Shown here one piece after another: positions 12,447 through 24,856 of a DNA stretch of 64,000 nucleotides. The stretch spans positions 124,001 to 188,000 of the forward strand of contig NIVC01002235.1 of assembly GCA_002269645.1 (NCBI GenBank). Direction: 5' to 3'. The position numbers and the translations under genes were made by a program. The notes under the pieces were generated by a model. That model worked only from the letters and a program-made list of their open reading frames with translations. It did not search any database and was not told the origin of the DNA. The stretch is from Macrostomum lignano (Eukaryota). Numbering within the stretch: position 1 is the first letter of the stretch; every line of letters begins with the position of its first letter.

Positions 12447-13067
12447 GGGCAGTTTTGTGCTGTTTTCTCTCGTTGTTTCGCGAATGAATTGTCTGGAAGG
12501 TAAAGCGTTATAGAGCGGTCACTCTGTCAAATTGTTCAATGGACGTACGGAATTCGTTACACGTAGCTGAAAAAACGCGCAAATGACATATGTGCGAATT
12601 TCAAGGGCTTCAGGGCGAGCGACCGCGTTCACCTCCTCCTGGACTCCCTGGAGAGGGACTCCGGAGCTGCCCACGGTCGCCCAGGGTTAGCGGAGTTATC
12701 TTGACGCCCGGGAGCCCCTTGCAGCTAAGTCAAGTGTGCCAATGAAATGGCTCTATGCTGTCTATGGCCTTGCTTTGTTTATGTAAATAATAAACGCTGT
12801 TTAATTCACATTCTGTGGTTAGAATGTCCGAGGCTGCGTTTAATGGTCTCGAGGCGAGCGTAGCGAGAATAGACTTACCAAAGCAGTTTACCTCTCGAAG
12901 CTGTCTTCCTCAGTTTCTCGCTCGATGCGTCAGCTCGTTTCCCTATCGCTCTCCCATTAAATCCCCTTCGCTGGGATGGAATCTGAGGGGAGGCGGGGAG
13001 GCTGTGGGCGCTTCATCCCTCTCCGCCGTCTGTTTGTTGTGAGAAAATAATAAAAATTTGTGATTCG

Positions 13068-13082
13068 GTTGCTAGGAGCAAC
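13068..13082. promoter_or_regulatory. Candidate RFX X-box (GTTGCTAGGAGCAAC) upstream of PKD2
   Basis: Fits RYYNYY-N3-RRNRAC with near-palindromic GTTGCT/AGCAAC halves, about 620 bp upstream of the PKD2 ATG. Confidence 0.45.
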
Positions 13083-13644
13083 AAAAATTGCAGCTTAGAT
13101 ACAGTAGAAGTAAGCGAGATGAAGCTTTATCCTCACAACAATTGAGGAGGTAGGTGAGCAGTCTCTCAATTCTCCAAAATCCACCCCAATCTAACAAAGT
13201 GAAGCCCGTAGGCACTAAAAGGATTTTCCTCCGCATTAAATTTTCAACAGAGCGTCACTGCTCTCCGGGCGCCATTACCAGCTAGCTATCTCTGGGACTG
13301 CGCAAAACGAGAGAGAAAGAGCGAGATAAAAAAATACTCCCCGAGAAATTGATTCCATTCAGTGTCTGTCGGCCCATTGTATTTTGTCTGGCAGTGTGGC
13401 AGGCGAAATGCAGCTTTTTATTTCTGCATCAGACACGTTTCGTTGCAATGTAATTTTTCTGATTAAAGTGGCTGATGAAGATGATTGATGCTGAGTCTTG
13501 CTGCTCGGGATTTGATTAAAAATCATCTGCATATCTTCGCTGAGCAAATCGACAAATTTCATTCAAATAGAGAGCTATAAATAACTATGCATGAATGAAG
13601 ATTTTTTATTTAATAAATCATATTATTACTCCCTTGATAATTTT

Positions 13645-14910
13645 CTGTCCTGTCAGTTCCTGTCAGTTCCTATCAGTTCCTATCAGTTCCTGTCAGTTCT
13701 TATCAGTTCCTGTCAGTTCTTATCAGTTCCTGTCAGTTCCTATCAGTTCCTATCAGTTCCTATCAGTTCCTGTCAGTTTCTATCAGTTCCTGTCAGTTTC
13801 TATCAGTTCCTGTCAGTTCCTATCAGTTTCTATCAGTTCCTGTCAGTTCCTATCAGTTCCTGTCAGTTCCTATCAGTTCCTATCAGTTCCTGTCAGTTTC
13901 TATCAGTTCCTGTCAGTTTCTATCAGTTCCTGTCAGTTCCTATCAGTTTCTATCAGTTCCTGTCAGTTCCTATCAGTTCCCGTCAGTTCCTATCAGTTCC
14001 TATCAGTTCCTGTCAGTTTCTGTCAGTTCCTATCAGTTCCTATCAGTTCCTGTCAGTTCCTATCAGTTCCTATCAGTTCCTGTCAGTTCCTATCAGTTCC
14101 CGTCAGTTCCTGTCAGTTCCTATCAGTTCCTGTCAGTTCCTATCAGTTCCCGTCAGTTTCTATCAGTTCCCGTCAGTTCCCGTCAGTTCCTATCAGTTCC
14201 TATCAGTTCCTATCAGTTCCTATCAGTTCCTGTCAGTTCCTATCAGTTCCCGTCAGTTCCTATCAGTTCCTATCAGTTCCTGTCAGTTCCTATCAGTTCC
14301 CGTCAGTTCCTATCAGTTCCTATCAGTTCCTGTCAGTTCCTATCAGTTTCTATCAGTTCCTGTCAGTTCCTATCAGTTCCTGTCAGTTCCTATCAGTTCC
14401 TATCAGTTCCTGTCAGTTTCTATCAGTTCCTGTCAGTTTCTATCAGTTCCTGTCAGTTCCTATCAGTTTCTATCAGTTCCTGTCAGTTCCTATCAGTTCC
14501 CGTCAGTTCCTATCAGTTCCTATCAGTTCCTGTCAGTTTCTGTCAGTTCCTATCAGTTCCTATCAGTTCCTGTCAGTTCCTATCAGTTCCTATCAGTTCC
14601 TGTCAGTTCCTATCAGTTCCCGTCAGTTCCTGTCAGTTCCTATCAGTTCCTGTCAGTTCCTATCAGTTCCCGTCAGTTCCTATCAGTTCCCGTCAGTTCC
14701 CGTCAGTTCCTATCAGTTCCTATCAGTTCCTATCAGTTCCTATCAGTTCCTGTCAGTTCCTATCAGTTCCCGTCAGTTCCTATCAGTTCCTATCAGTTCC
14801 TGTCAGTTCCTATCAGTTCCCGTCAGTTCCTATCAGTTCCTATCAGTTCCTATCAGTTCCTATCAGTTCCTGTCAGTTTCTGTCAGTTCCTATCAGTTCC
14901 TGTCAGTTCA
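13645..14910. repeat. 10-bp minisatellite (TCAGTTCCTR)n
   Basis: Tandem units visible directly. Confidence 0.97.
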
Positions 14911-15417
14911 TGTGAGTTCCTTTCTGTTCTCAAACGATTTCTAGAAACAGTCTTTTTACATTTCGGTTTGTTATAGTTGTCGATTATTTAATGTCATTTG
15001 TTAATCTAATAAATGCACTGTTGGCAAATACTAAATAAATAATTTTAAACCACAGTTGAGCACTATGCTGCACTATTATCTTATGCCCTAATGTTCTTAA
15101 TATAAAAATCACATTAGAATGCTTGATACGATCTCCAAGCAGTCTGAGAATCCGTAAGATAAAGAAGTTCGAAGTTCACTTCGTGCACACAGCACGCCAA
15201 GTTGTTGTACACAGCTTGTCTGTTGGCACTTTTGAGTTGACCTCAGTAGAACTGCTTTAAATAGCGTTGAAATTAACCCTGTGCTTTAACAAAACAACTT
15301 TCTCTTTGCAAGCTCAACTGCAGTGCTGTTGTTATCTTTGCCTAAAAGCAAGGTCAGTCAAACGTTTGTCTGATTATTTACGTTTTATTTTATTGCTGTT
15401 TTATTGCTGGTAGATGT

Positions 15418-16487
15418 TTAAACAGGTGTCGGGATCCTTAAACAGGTGCCAGGATGCTTAACCAGGTGTCAGGATGCTTAAACAGGTGTCAGGATGCTTA
15501 AACAGGTGTCAGGATGCTTAAACAGGTGTCAGGATGCTTAAATAGGTGTCAGGATGCTTAAACAGGTGTCAGGATCCTTAAACAGGTGTCAGGATGCTTA
15601 AACAGGTGTCAGGATGGTTAAACGAGTGTCAGGATGCTTAAACAGGTGTCAGGATGCTTAAACAGGTGTCAGGATCCTTAAACAGGTGTCAGGATGCTTA
15701 AACAGGTGTCATTAGGATCCTTAAACAGGTGTCAGGATGCTTAAACAGGTGTCTAGATGCTTAAACAGGTGTCAGGATGTTTAAACAGGTGTCAGGATGC
15801 TCAAAACAGGTGTCAGGATGCTTAACCAGGTGTCAGAATGCTTAAACAGGTGTCAGGATGCTTAAACAGGTGTCAGAATGGTTAAACAGGTGTCAGGATG
15901 CTTAAACAGGTGTCAGGATGCTTAAACAGGTGTCAGGATGGTTAAACGGGTGTCAGGATGCTTAAACAGGTGTCAGGATGCTTAAACAGGTGTCAGGATG
16001 CTTAAACAGGTGTCAGGATGCTTAAACAGGTGTCAGGATGGTTAAACGGGTGTCAGGATGCTGTAAACAGGTGTCAGGATGCTTAAACAGGTGTCAGGAT
16101 GGTTAAACGGGTGTCAGGATGCTGTAAACAGGTGTCAGGATGCTTAAACAGGTGTCAGGATGCTTAAACAAGTGTCAGGATGCTTAAACAGGTGTCATTA
16201 GGATCCTTAAACAGGTGTCAGGATGCTTAAACAGGTGTCAGGATGGTTAAACGGGTGTCAGGATGCTTAAACAGGTGTCAGGATGCTTAAACAGGTGTCA
16301 GGATGGTTAAACGGGTGTCAGGATGCCTAAACAGGTGTCAGGATGCTTAAACAGGTGTCAGGATCCTTAAACAGGTGTCAGGATGCTTAAACAGGTGTCA
16401 GGATGCTTAAACAGGTGTCAGGATGCTTAAACATGTGTCAGGACGCTTAAACAGGTGTCAGGACGCTTAAACAGGTGTCAGGACGCT
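15418..16487. repeat. 20-bp minisatellite (AAACAGGTGTCAGGATGCTT)n
   Basis: Tandem units ending about 90 bp upstream of the SLC7 ATG. Confidence 0.97.
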
Positions 16488-16577
16488 TGCCCAGAAGGTT
16501 GTGTGACCTCCGTTACGTTTAACTTAGCATCAGTAAAAATTATTACAATACTCAACTCGCCAGCTCAGACCGTCAGC

Positions 16578-19500
16578 ATGGCACTAGTCTACCAGATCAA
16601 GCTCCTAGCCAACATGCTGTCGCGAAAGAAGACTCTAGACGAAGCACACATGGAAGAGACTCAACTAAATCGCTGCCTAACAACTCTCGACCTCACCGCA
16701 CTGGGCGTCGGCTCGACCCTGGGCGCCGGTGTCTACGTGATCGCCGGCGAGGTCGCCCAGAAAGCCACCGGCCCAGCTGTGGTCGCGTCGTTCTTCATCG
16801 CGGCGTCTGCGTCAATCTTGGCTGGCCTGTGCTACGCAGAATTCGGCGCCAGAGTGCCCAAGTCGGGCTCCGCTTACGTCTACAGCTACGTGTCAGTTGG
16901 AGAACTGATGGCCTTCGTCATCGGCTGGAATCTCATCCTCGAGTACGTGATTGGAACCGCAAGCGTTGCTCGGGCTTGGTCGCAGAACTTTGACAGCCTA
17001 GTTGGTGGCAAGATTATTGACTTCTTCAAGGACTACATGAGCATATCGCTTCCTGGACTGGCCGATTATCCTGACCTGTTCGCACTGGGCATGGTGCTGC
17101 TTCTAACGGCTATCATTGCTATCGGGGTCAAGGAGTCCGCCTGGGTGACAAACATCTTCACTTTCATCAACCTGATTGTACTGGCTGTTGTGTTCGTTGC
17201 GGGATGCTTCTTGTCCAGCTTTGCTAACTGGAGCATCCGACCGGACTTGAACGGCACGGTTGTGTACCACAATGTCACGTACTCGGCCGATCAAGTTGGC
17301 GATGGCGGCTTTCTGCCGTTCGGTCTGCAGGGTGTTGTCTCCGGCGCTGGGACCTGCTTCTACGCGTTTGTGGGATTCGATGCGATTGCCACGACTGGAG
17401 AAGAGGTTCGTTAGTGAGTTCATTGAGTTGTTTTAATGAATGTTACATAGCTATGTACGCTAGCACACGATAGATCACACAGGGTGGACAGAAGCTTTGA
17501 CTTTCTCATTGTCAGACAGGCATGTACACGCTCTGTGCATTGAGAGTTTAACCTCATTGTTGAGAATCGTTAAAGCTTTGCGGGCGCCCCTGTCTCTTGG
17601 TTGGCGCCCCTGTCTCTTGGTGGGCGCCCCTGTCTCTTGGTGGGCGCCCCTGTCTCTTGGTGGGCGCCCCTGTCTCTTGGTGGGCGCCCCTGTCTCTTGG
17701 TGGGCGCCCCTGTCTCTTGGTGGGCGCCCCTGTCTCTTGGTGGGCGCCCCTGTCTCTTGGTTGGCGCCCCTGTCTCTTGGTTGGCGCCCCTGTCTCTTGT
17801 TTGGCGTCCCTGTCTCTTGGTTGGCACCCCTGTCTCTTGGTTGGCGCCCTTGTCTCTTGTTGGGCGCCCCTGTCTCTTGGTTGGCGCCCCTGTCTCTTGG
17901 TTGGCACCCCTACTCCTGCGTCCTAGGCCTAGGCCGGTTGAAAGTTGGGATCCTGCCATTTGTTGAGTACCATCTGTCCATTAGTTTTTGAGCAAAACTT
18001 TTGTAGAGACGATTGGGGCTCCTCTGCGTACGCCACTGTAACAATAGCTAGATGCAAAAAATCAAGAACTAAATTTTAAGTACTCTACTAAAATGTTAGT
18101 AGTAGAATACCAATATTGTTTTAAAATCAGCTCTTGATTAATCTATTTATAGGTGAAAAATCCTCAACGAGCTATCCCAATCAGCATCATTTTGAGTCTG
18201 TCAATTTGCTTCGTAGCCTACTGCGGCGTCAGTTCCGTTCTCACCTTGATGCAGCCGTACTTCGCTCTGGACCCGTTGGCGCCCCTGCCTCAAGCGTTCG
18301 CCGCTCACGGTTGGCTTGTTGCCAACTATTTCATCGCTGTTGGCGCCATCTGCGCCCTGTCCACTAGCCTGCTGGGAGCCATGTTCCCCTGCCCCGAGTG
18401 GTCTACGCCATGGCTAGCGATGGGTTGATCTTTCGCTTTCTATCTCGGGTTCATCCGCGTCTCGCTACTCCATTAATTGCCACCGTCCTGACGGGAGTCA
18501 TGGCCGGCGTCATGGCATGCATGTTCGAGCTGAAAGCACTGGTTGACATGATGTCTATCGGTACACTACTAGCTTACACTCTTGTAGCCCTGTCTGTGCT
18601 CATACTTCGCGGTAGTTGCGACGTTTTCAACAATCGAGCAGTGTCTGCTCCGAGTGAGACCCCTAGTGGAGAGCAGCAGGTTCTGGAAGAGCCCGTTGTT
18701 GCAGCGACAAGCTCAATGAAAACTGTACTGGTCGACGTTGAGGAAACCGACTTTGTTGAGCTCATTGAGTCTACCAGAGCAGATAAATTTACGCTTAAAT
18801 CCTATCTGAGCTGCTCATTCCGTAGAGGTGGCTACTCTGAGCCGAACAATCTGACTGAACAGGTCACTCGAGTCAACTCCGGCTTATTTATGATCTCAGC
18901 AGGTGTGTTGGCATTCGTACTTGAGCGGATGCCTAACCAACTGGGAGCTGGCAGGCCAGAAGCAGTGATCCCGGCATCCATTGCCTGCCTACTGTGTCTG
19001 TTAGCCATGATCAGTTTGGCCATGCAGCCGCAGAGTCGAAAACCAGTGGCTTTTAAGGTAATGCTATTTCATATGTCTTAAAGTGGTAAAGAAATTTATA
19101 AAGGGTTGACCTGATGCTCACAAATGCTATTCCTGTGTCGCTTTGTAGACCCTTTGTAAACCGCGGCCTTTTTAGAGGCAGGGGCCTGTGTGCACCCTGG
19201 CGCACTTTAAACGACATTGTCGCACAACCGGCGTGAGGCATTGCTGCCCATTCCGCCGACTCCCCTGAGCAGGCACACAAGCGCGCTGATACGTACGCAG
19301 TCATACGCACAGGCACACACTCACACAGGAGTGTACAGCGGCCCTAACTTTATTTATCGTTAGGCATGTACACTTCACTGTGCCTTGGGGGTTGGCCGTC
19401 ATAAGAGCGTTAATTGCACGAGCAGAGCCAAGCCGAGATTAGCTAGCCCCAAATTAATCTGACAGCACATGGAATCGAGCCTGGGCTGCTGGCTACAGCC

Positions 19501-19982
19501 CCTACGGAACCTTTGACCACGTACATTTTGCAGACGTGAATGAAGAAAATTAAAAAGGTTGAAATTAACTTTAAAACGTATCGTAACAATCAGGATGTTA
19601 CAAATCAATTCTAAGGTTATTTTCGTACGACAGATGCACGTTCCTGTAATCCTGTCATCGACATCGAACTAAAACCAACACTGATTGTCCTTATTTACCT
19701 TGGCTCTCACAGGTTCCCTGGGTGCCGTACCTTCCGTGTCTGTCTATCCTGGCCAATCTCTACCTGATGACCGCCCTATCAAGCAGTACATGGATTCGAT
19801 TTATAGTCTGGAGCGCTATCGGATTCCTTATTTACTTTGGCTACGGCCTGTTGCACAGCAACGAGCACGCGGTTCAGACTCGGCCGGTGCTGCTGCTAGC
19901 GGCAGAGCAACAAAACCGGACATTGGTAGCCAACGGTGTTGGTGGCCGCGATAATCAGCAAATAAATAATTTGCACTTTTAA
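16578..19982 (+). CDS. Cationic amino acid transporter (SLC7A1-3/CAT-like), about 667 aa, one 1-nt frameshift
   Basis: Exons 16578-17405, 18153-19057, 19713-19982. Motifs: [64 protein letters not shown]|[21 protein letters not shown]|VPWVPYLP. One C is missing in a C-run near 18390 ([17 protein letters not shown]); adding one base makes the total 2004 nt, divisible by 3. Confidence 0.9.
17580..17912. repeat. 20-bp minisatellite (GGGCGCCCCTGTCTCTTGGT)n in SLC7 intron 1
   Basis: Tandem units visible directly. Confidence 0.95.
19180..19490 (-). mobile_element. SINE family B copy in SLC7 intron 2
   Basis: Homologous to 8566-8875 in reverse orientation. Confidence 0.75.
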
Positions 19983-20279
19983 ATATGAGTGCCCGACAAT
20001 TTACTACCAACAAAAGGACCGTCGCAAGCTAGTCAGACATTTAAACTTCATCTTGTGACTATAGTCAGAGTTTTGACTTTTAATGCGGAAATACACTCGT
20101 ACTAACGTCTACCGTAAATGAATATCATAACAAGGTTAGTTAAATATTTTGACGCTCCAGATTTTAATTGTCAATTTCCAATTCTCGGCTAAAGAGTGTA
20201 TGGATTAATTCTTTAAATTTTTTTATTTAAGATTGAGTTTATTTTTACTATTTATCTGGTACGTCGCTTCTGCCGGAAT

Positions 20280-21700
20280 TTTTTCGTAAACGACACTCAG
20301 GAGCTCTACATGTAAAATGCTTGATTTAATTGTACATAAAAATATAGGCACCCAGACCGATACCTATAGTATGCTTACCCAACCTGATTTTGTATGCTCC
20401 GGTTTTAAAACCGTCTTAAGCCTCCTTACCTGCATCACGTACATACTGTACATTGAGTTAGATTTTATTAGTTCATCAAATGTACCGGAAAAGGCCTATA
20501 ATTAAAAAGGAAACTTTATAAGTCGAACCCATCAGATCCATCATCTTGTACGTGGCCATGTGGGTGCACTCGACCGACCAGCAGCCATTGCTATCGTCAG
20601 CTGCAGTTTCTGTGACGTCCAGCTTCCAGTGTTTGAAGCTCATCTCGGCGTCGTCATCGCATACAGACACAAAGTACATCGTGTACTTTTTAGTCTGGCC
20701 CGAAGATTGTACGCCAACAGTGGCCAAGTTGCATCTGGGCGCAAACATGTCCCAGATCATGTGATCGTGCGCTTTCTGCCGGGTCAAGGGCGTGGACTGC
20801 TTCAAGTGCCAAACTCGAACGTAGCCGTCGTCATGTCCGGTAACAACGAACCGACCGCCCAGGCTGGCAAAGTACAGGGTGTCCATATCGTCCAGCTTAC
20901 CCATGGCTTTGTTGGCAAATTCTTGGTCGAATAGTACGCGTTCTTTGACGCGCATCCGAAGATTCCAGACGGTCAGGCAGGAGATACTGAGCAAACGGCC
21001 GGTTTTTGGGCCCACCTTTTGATTGTTCAATTTTAGTCTTACTAAACCCGGCCTTTTGCCACTGTTTAGAACGTAGCTTCATTTTCACTTGATATTCCCC
21101 GTCTAATTTACAGAATCGATTCACAAAGTCATTCCTAGTCCAGGTTACAGGGATTAGTCCTAGTCCAAGTCAAAAGAATTTCTAATCTAAGCTTCATAAG
21201 CATTCCTAGTCCATGTCATTAATATCAGTCCTGGTACAGATCACAGGATCAATACTGGTCCAGGCCAGATTATACCAGGCCAGACAACTTGTAGTCTCGA
21301 GGTCATTAGTTTATTTGACAAAAAAAGATTAGTGCCTACCGAATATGCAAAGGTAATTAACCCACCTTAGCTTCTGCAAGCGTCACCAACAGTTCTTCAT
21401 CGTCTGTGGCAAATGCGTCATAAAGCGACAGATCAATTCTGGTGACGTCTTTTAAGTCGAAAACTTTTTCCGTCGTGTTTTCACTGTCGTCCTCGTCTCG
21501 TCACACCTGGTAGCACACGAAATTATTGTTATTATCTTCGTCGCACATGATTACGTAACGACCCCCGGGTGTGACAATCATCTCGGAGATGACTTGATTT
21601 GGTTGAGAGCCAAACACATCCGGTAGGGCAATGCAGGCTTTTCCCGTCACTGCGTCGTGCTGTTTCAAACTGCGCTGCGACCGACTGATTTAGACGATTT
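20280..21700 (-). pseudogene. WD40-repeat gene fragment, probably incomplete or disrupted
   Basis: Exon about 20990-20510 has FVVTGHDDGYVRVWHL, KAHDHMIWDM and FKHWKLD. Upstream segment 21700-21366 (SEMIVTPGGRYVIM...LAEAK|gtggg) has in-frame stops. Splice phases not resolved. Confidence 0.55.
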
Positions 21701-21949
21701 CTAGGAAATTTAAAAATACGAACGTATTCTTAAGCAGACTAGCGGAGCCAAATGGCTTGCACTATTCTGTTGACATTGATGACTATAAAATGCGAATCAG
21801 GCTTCAAAACATTTTGCTAAAAGTTAACAATTAATATCTTCCAAACTTGGAGATCTACAAACTGCATTGGCTTCTGGGAGCCTAAATGGTCAAAAAGAAG
21901 GGGCGAAAACGTCCGGCTGATCCACCTACCGAGTTTGCTCATTTGCCGC

Positions 21950-22680
21950 CATCAATGCTTCGCCTCCCTCTGTAAGAAAAACTGCACATAGGCTTGTTTC
22001 AGCTGAATCGCAGGCAACTGCTGATGATAATCGAGAGCTCGAACTGTTCAGGAAGACGGATTCCATTCCTGCTGAGCTTCCAATTTTGTGTCAAGAGGCG
22101 CTTAAGAAGTTCAATGGCAGCAAGGATTTATTCAGTAGAAGAACCGAGTCGAGGTCGAGTTCAGTGTCAAGATCCGATCCGACTTTTACGCATCTTCCAG
22201 CAGGAATGGGTTCACTGTGGACGTATCTGATCTGCTTGGATTCGGCCGTCAACTTCAGAGCTGGTCTGCTCTCGACAACACTTTATAGCACCACCAGTAA
22301 AACTGCTAAAGACGTCTGCGACAAATTTTTCTAACAAAGTGAGTTGCCTTGCTGATGACGTAGAAGATTCTGGTCTTCGGAGAACGCTGCTTTTCTTGGC
22401 TGAACAGCTGCTGCTCTGTCTGACTTTGCCGCATGCACGTCCTTACTCGGCACTCACTACTATGCTATGTCTGACCTTCATGCTTAGAAGCAAAGCTTCC
22501 TACGCAACTTTGCGAGAAATTCTTTGCCTGCCACATCCAAAGTCAAAGACTCCTCAGAAACAGTTGGGTTGTTTTACCCACGTTGCATCTCAGAGTGAAG
22601 CAGAGCGTACTGCTTCTCATGTATTTGCATCACTGCCTCGCACTGGCGTTTGATGAAATGCACATTAAGCCATCTATTCT
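21950..22680 (+). mobile_element. Degenerate P-element/THAP9-like transposase remnant
   Basis: RPYSALTTMLCLTFMLRSKASYATLREILCLPHPKS and, in another frame, CLALAFDEMHIKP resemble the P-transposase N-terminal (YS...L...S..AY..LR..L.LP) and DEM-x-IK motifs; frameshifts and stops present. Confidence 0.7.
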
Positions 22681-23173
22681 TTTGTTTCCTCGTTCGTTAA
22701 TGCGTCCGTCGTTAGATTTATTGGCATATCCTTGGATTTTTTGCTTACTATTTAAGCTGATAAAATACATGCGTTCGTCTTACCTTAAATCAGCCAGCCC
22801 CCACATTTCTTACTCACTAAAGCCGAGTTTCCAGTCCCATCTTTCTATGGTAAACTTCTATCGCAGAAGTCGCTGTTATTGCAGTCCAGATTTCCTTGAA
22901 ATTGGTTTGAATTTCCAACTGCTTCAGCGACAGCGAGAACTCTCTCTAGTGCGCAGGAACAAGTGGGACGACATGCTGAGCACTAGGCTGAGTACAGTGG
23001 ATTTTCTGTTATCAAGGAAACTCAGAAATTTCTACGTGGTCCAATCAGATGCATCTGACTATATGCATCTACGCACGTCAAATACACATTAGATAGCTAT
23101 ACATACATATGCATAAATTCTACTAGATTCCAATCCCCACTCAGACTATAGTCAACAACTCAGCAAAACAATC

Positions 23174-24856
23174 ATGTACAATTTCGTAGCTTTGCTGACT
23201 CTGTGCTTAGCCACGGCTGCTTCTGCTGTTCAACTGCACGAAGTCGACAGCCAAAGCTGGTCAGGCGATAAAGTGCGCGAGTTCCGCCTATCTTTCATCA
23301 ACCAAGCCAACGATTTGCTGGAGTGCGCCGTTTTTGCAGCCAAGTACCTGCTTAGTGATCAGCTTCTGGTCTTCATCAAAGGCGATGGAGCAGTGAAGTC
23401 TCAGTGCTTTTTAGGTGAGGAAAACATGAATGTTTTACTGCCGGTCTATTTTTTTAGATTCAAGCAAAACTTTCCCGACACCTTTTTTTCCAGCGACGAA
23501 AACTCGTTGCCTCAGACTCCCGCGGAGCAGCCCTGCGACTTCATCATCAATAAAAGTAGGTGACCAACTTCTAGCGATTTGAAATGATTTCGCAACAACT
23601 TCGGTGGTATCAGCGAACACATGTCGAATATATATTTCAGGTTTTCGTGACATCACTGCCAACTTGTTGGACAACAATTCAGCACCGAGTCGACAACACG
23701 ATCGATTTCCATCGCAACTGGGCAGATTATGCTGCTGGATTTGGCCAGGAGCCGAGCCGAAACTTCTGGATTGGTGCGTACCTGTGCGTAGCAAGGACCC
23801 TTAGAAGTTACCGTTTCATTAAGTCGTAATATTACCGTTCAGTGGACAACTTGTGCAACTGTTTGACTGGGGGTTAAACTAAAACTATTTTAAATTATGT
23901 ACTGTTTGTTCTTTAAACAGTTTTTTTTGCAGAATGCATTGCATCAAAGAGGTGTTATCTCTGAAAATCTTTGTTCGAGAAAAGTCAGACTAAAATTGCG
24001 TCTAGAATGATACTCTCATGCAGGACTCGGCCATAGATCTTATATAGAGAATAGAAGACGGGAAAGGTGAGATGACAAACATGGAGGTGGGATGAGAGAA
24101 GAGATAAGAGAGCAAATGGGAGAGAAGAGGTTAGAGAGCTGAGATAAGACACAAACCATAAGCGGGCCGGATTGCTATTGTGAAATTTCAAAGGACCCGA
24201 GGGCCGGATGGAGAGGCTTCGCGGGCCGCATATGGCTCGCGGGCTGGAGTTTTCCGACCCCTGCTCAAAGGAGACAGGAGGAGCGGTAACCGGCCTAGCT
24301 TCTATTCTGTGCGTTTGACAGCCTCTTGCAGAATTTTTTCTTGAATTTAAGTCGACAATAATTATAAGATTGAACATATTGTCGGCCTTTCGGAATTCAA
24401 CAAATAGGACTAATTATACCTTTCAATACAGGCCTTCGAACTCTTCACTGGCTGACCTCGCCAACTGCTCGAACTCTTCGCGTGAGCATGAAAAAGTGGG
24501 ACGACACTGAGCACTGGGCTGAGTACAGCAGCTTCTCTGTTGCCAACGAGGCTGAGAAATTTCGTTTAAGTTTTATCGGATTTTCGAGCTCATCAAGCCA
24601 GGTTGGAGACTCGATGGCGTATCACAATGGTATGTACTTTAGCACCTATAACTCGGACAACGATCTTTCGCCAAGCAATTGCGCTGCATTTTATAAAGGA
24701 GGTTGGTGGTACAAAGTATGTCATCATACTAATCCAAACGGCTTATACTATAATCTTCCTGAGGCCGAAAATGTTCCAAGTGCTACTGGTATCAGTTGGC
24801 TCTTTGAATTTCAACACAAATATTCAATGAAGGAGTTTGAAATGCTAATCTGCTAA
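23174..24856 (+). CDS. Secreted fibrinogen-related domain protein (FReP), about 298 aa
   Basis: Exons 23174-23414, 23458-23555, 23641-23773, 24432-24856; phase-consistent, 897 nt. Signal-peptide-like MYNFVALLTLCLATAASA. FReD motifs WTTIQHRVDNTIDFHRNWADYAAGFG, NFWIG|LRTLHWLT, GDSMAYHNGMYFSTYNSDND, NCAAFYKGGWWYKVCHHTNPNG. Confidence 0.9.
24060..24265 (+). mobile_element. Right end of a hAT-like non-autonomous element
   Basis: Ends TTCCGACCCCTG (reverse complement CAGGGGTCGGAA); shares AGAGCTGAG...CACAAA and TTTCAAAGGACCCGAG.GCCGGAT with 49735-49835. Confidence 0.55.

Noticed and set aside
13591-14976. 461-aa and 449-aa Ser-rich ORFs
   Set aside because: Artefacts of the 10-bp repeat.
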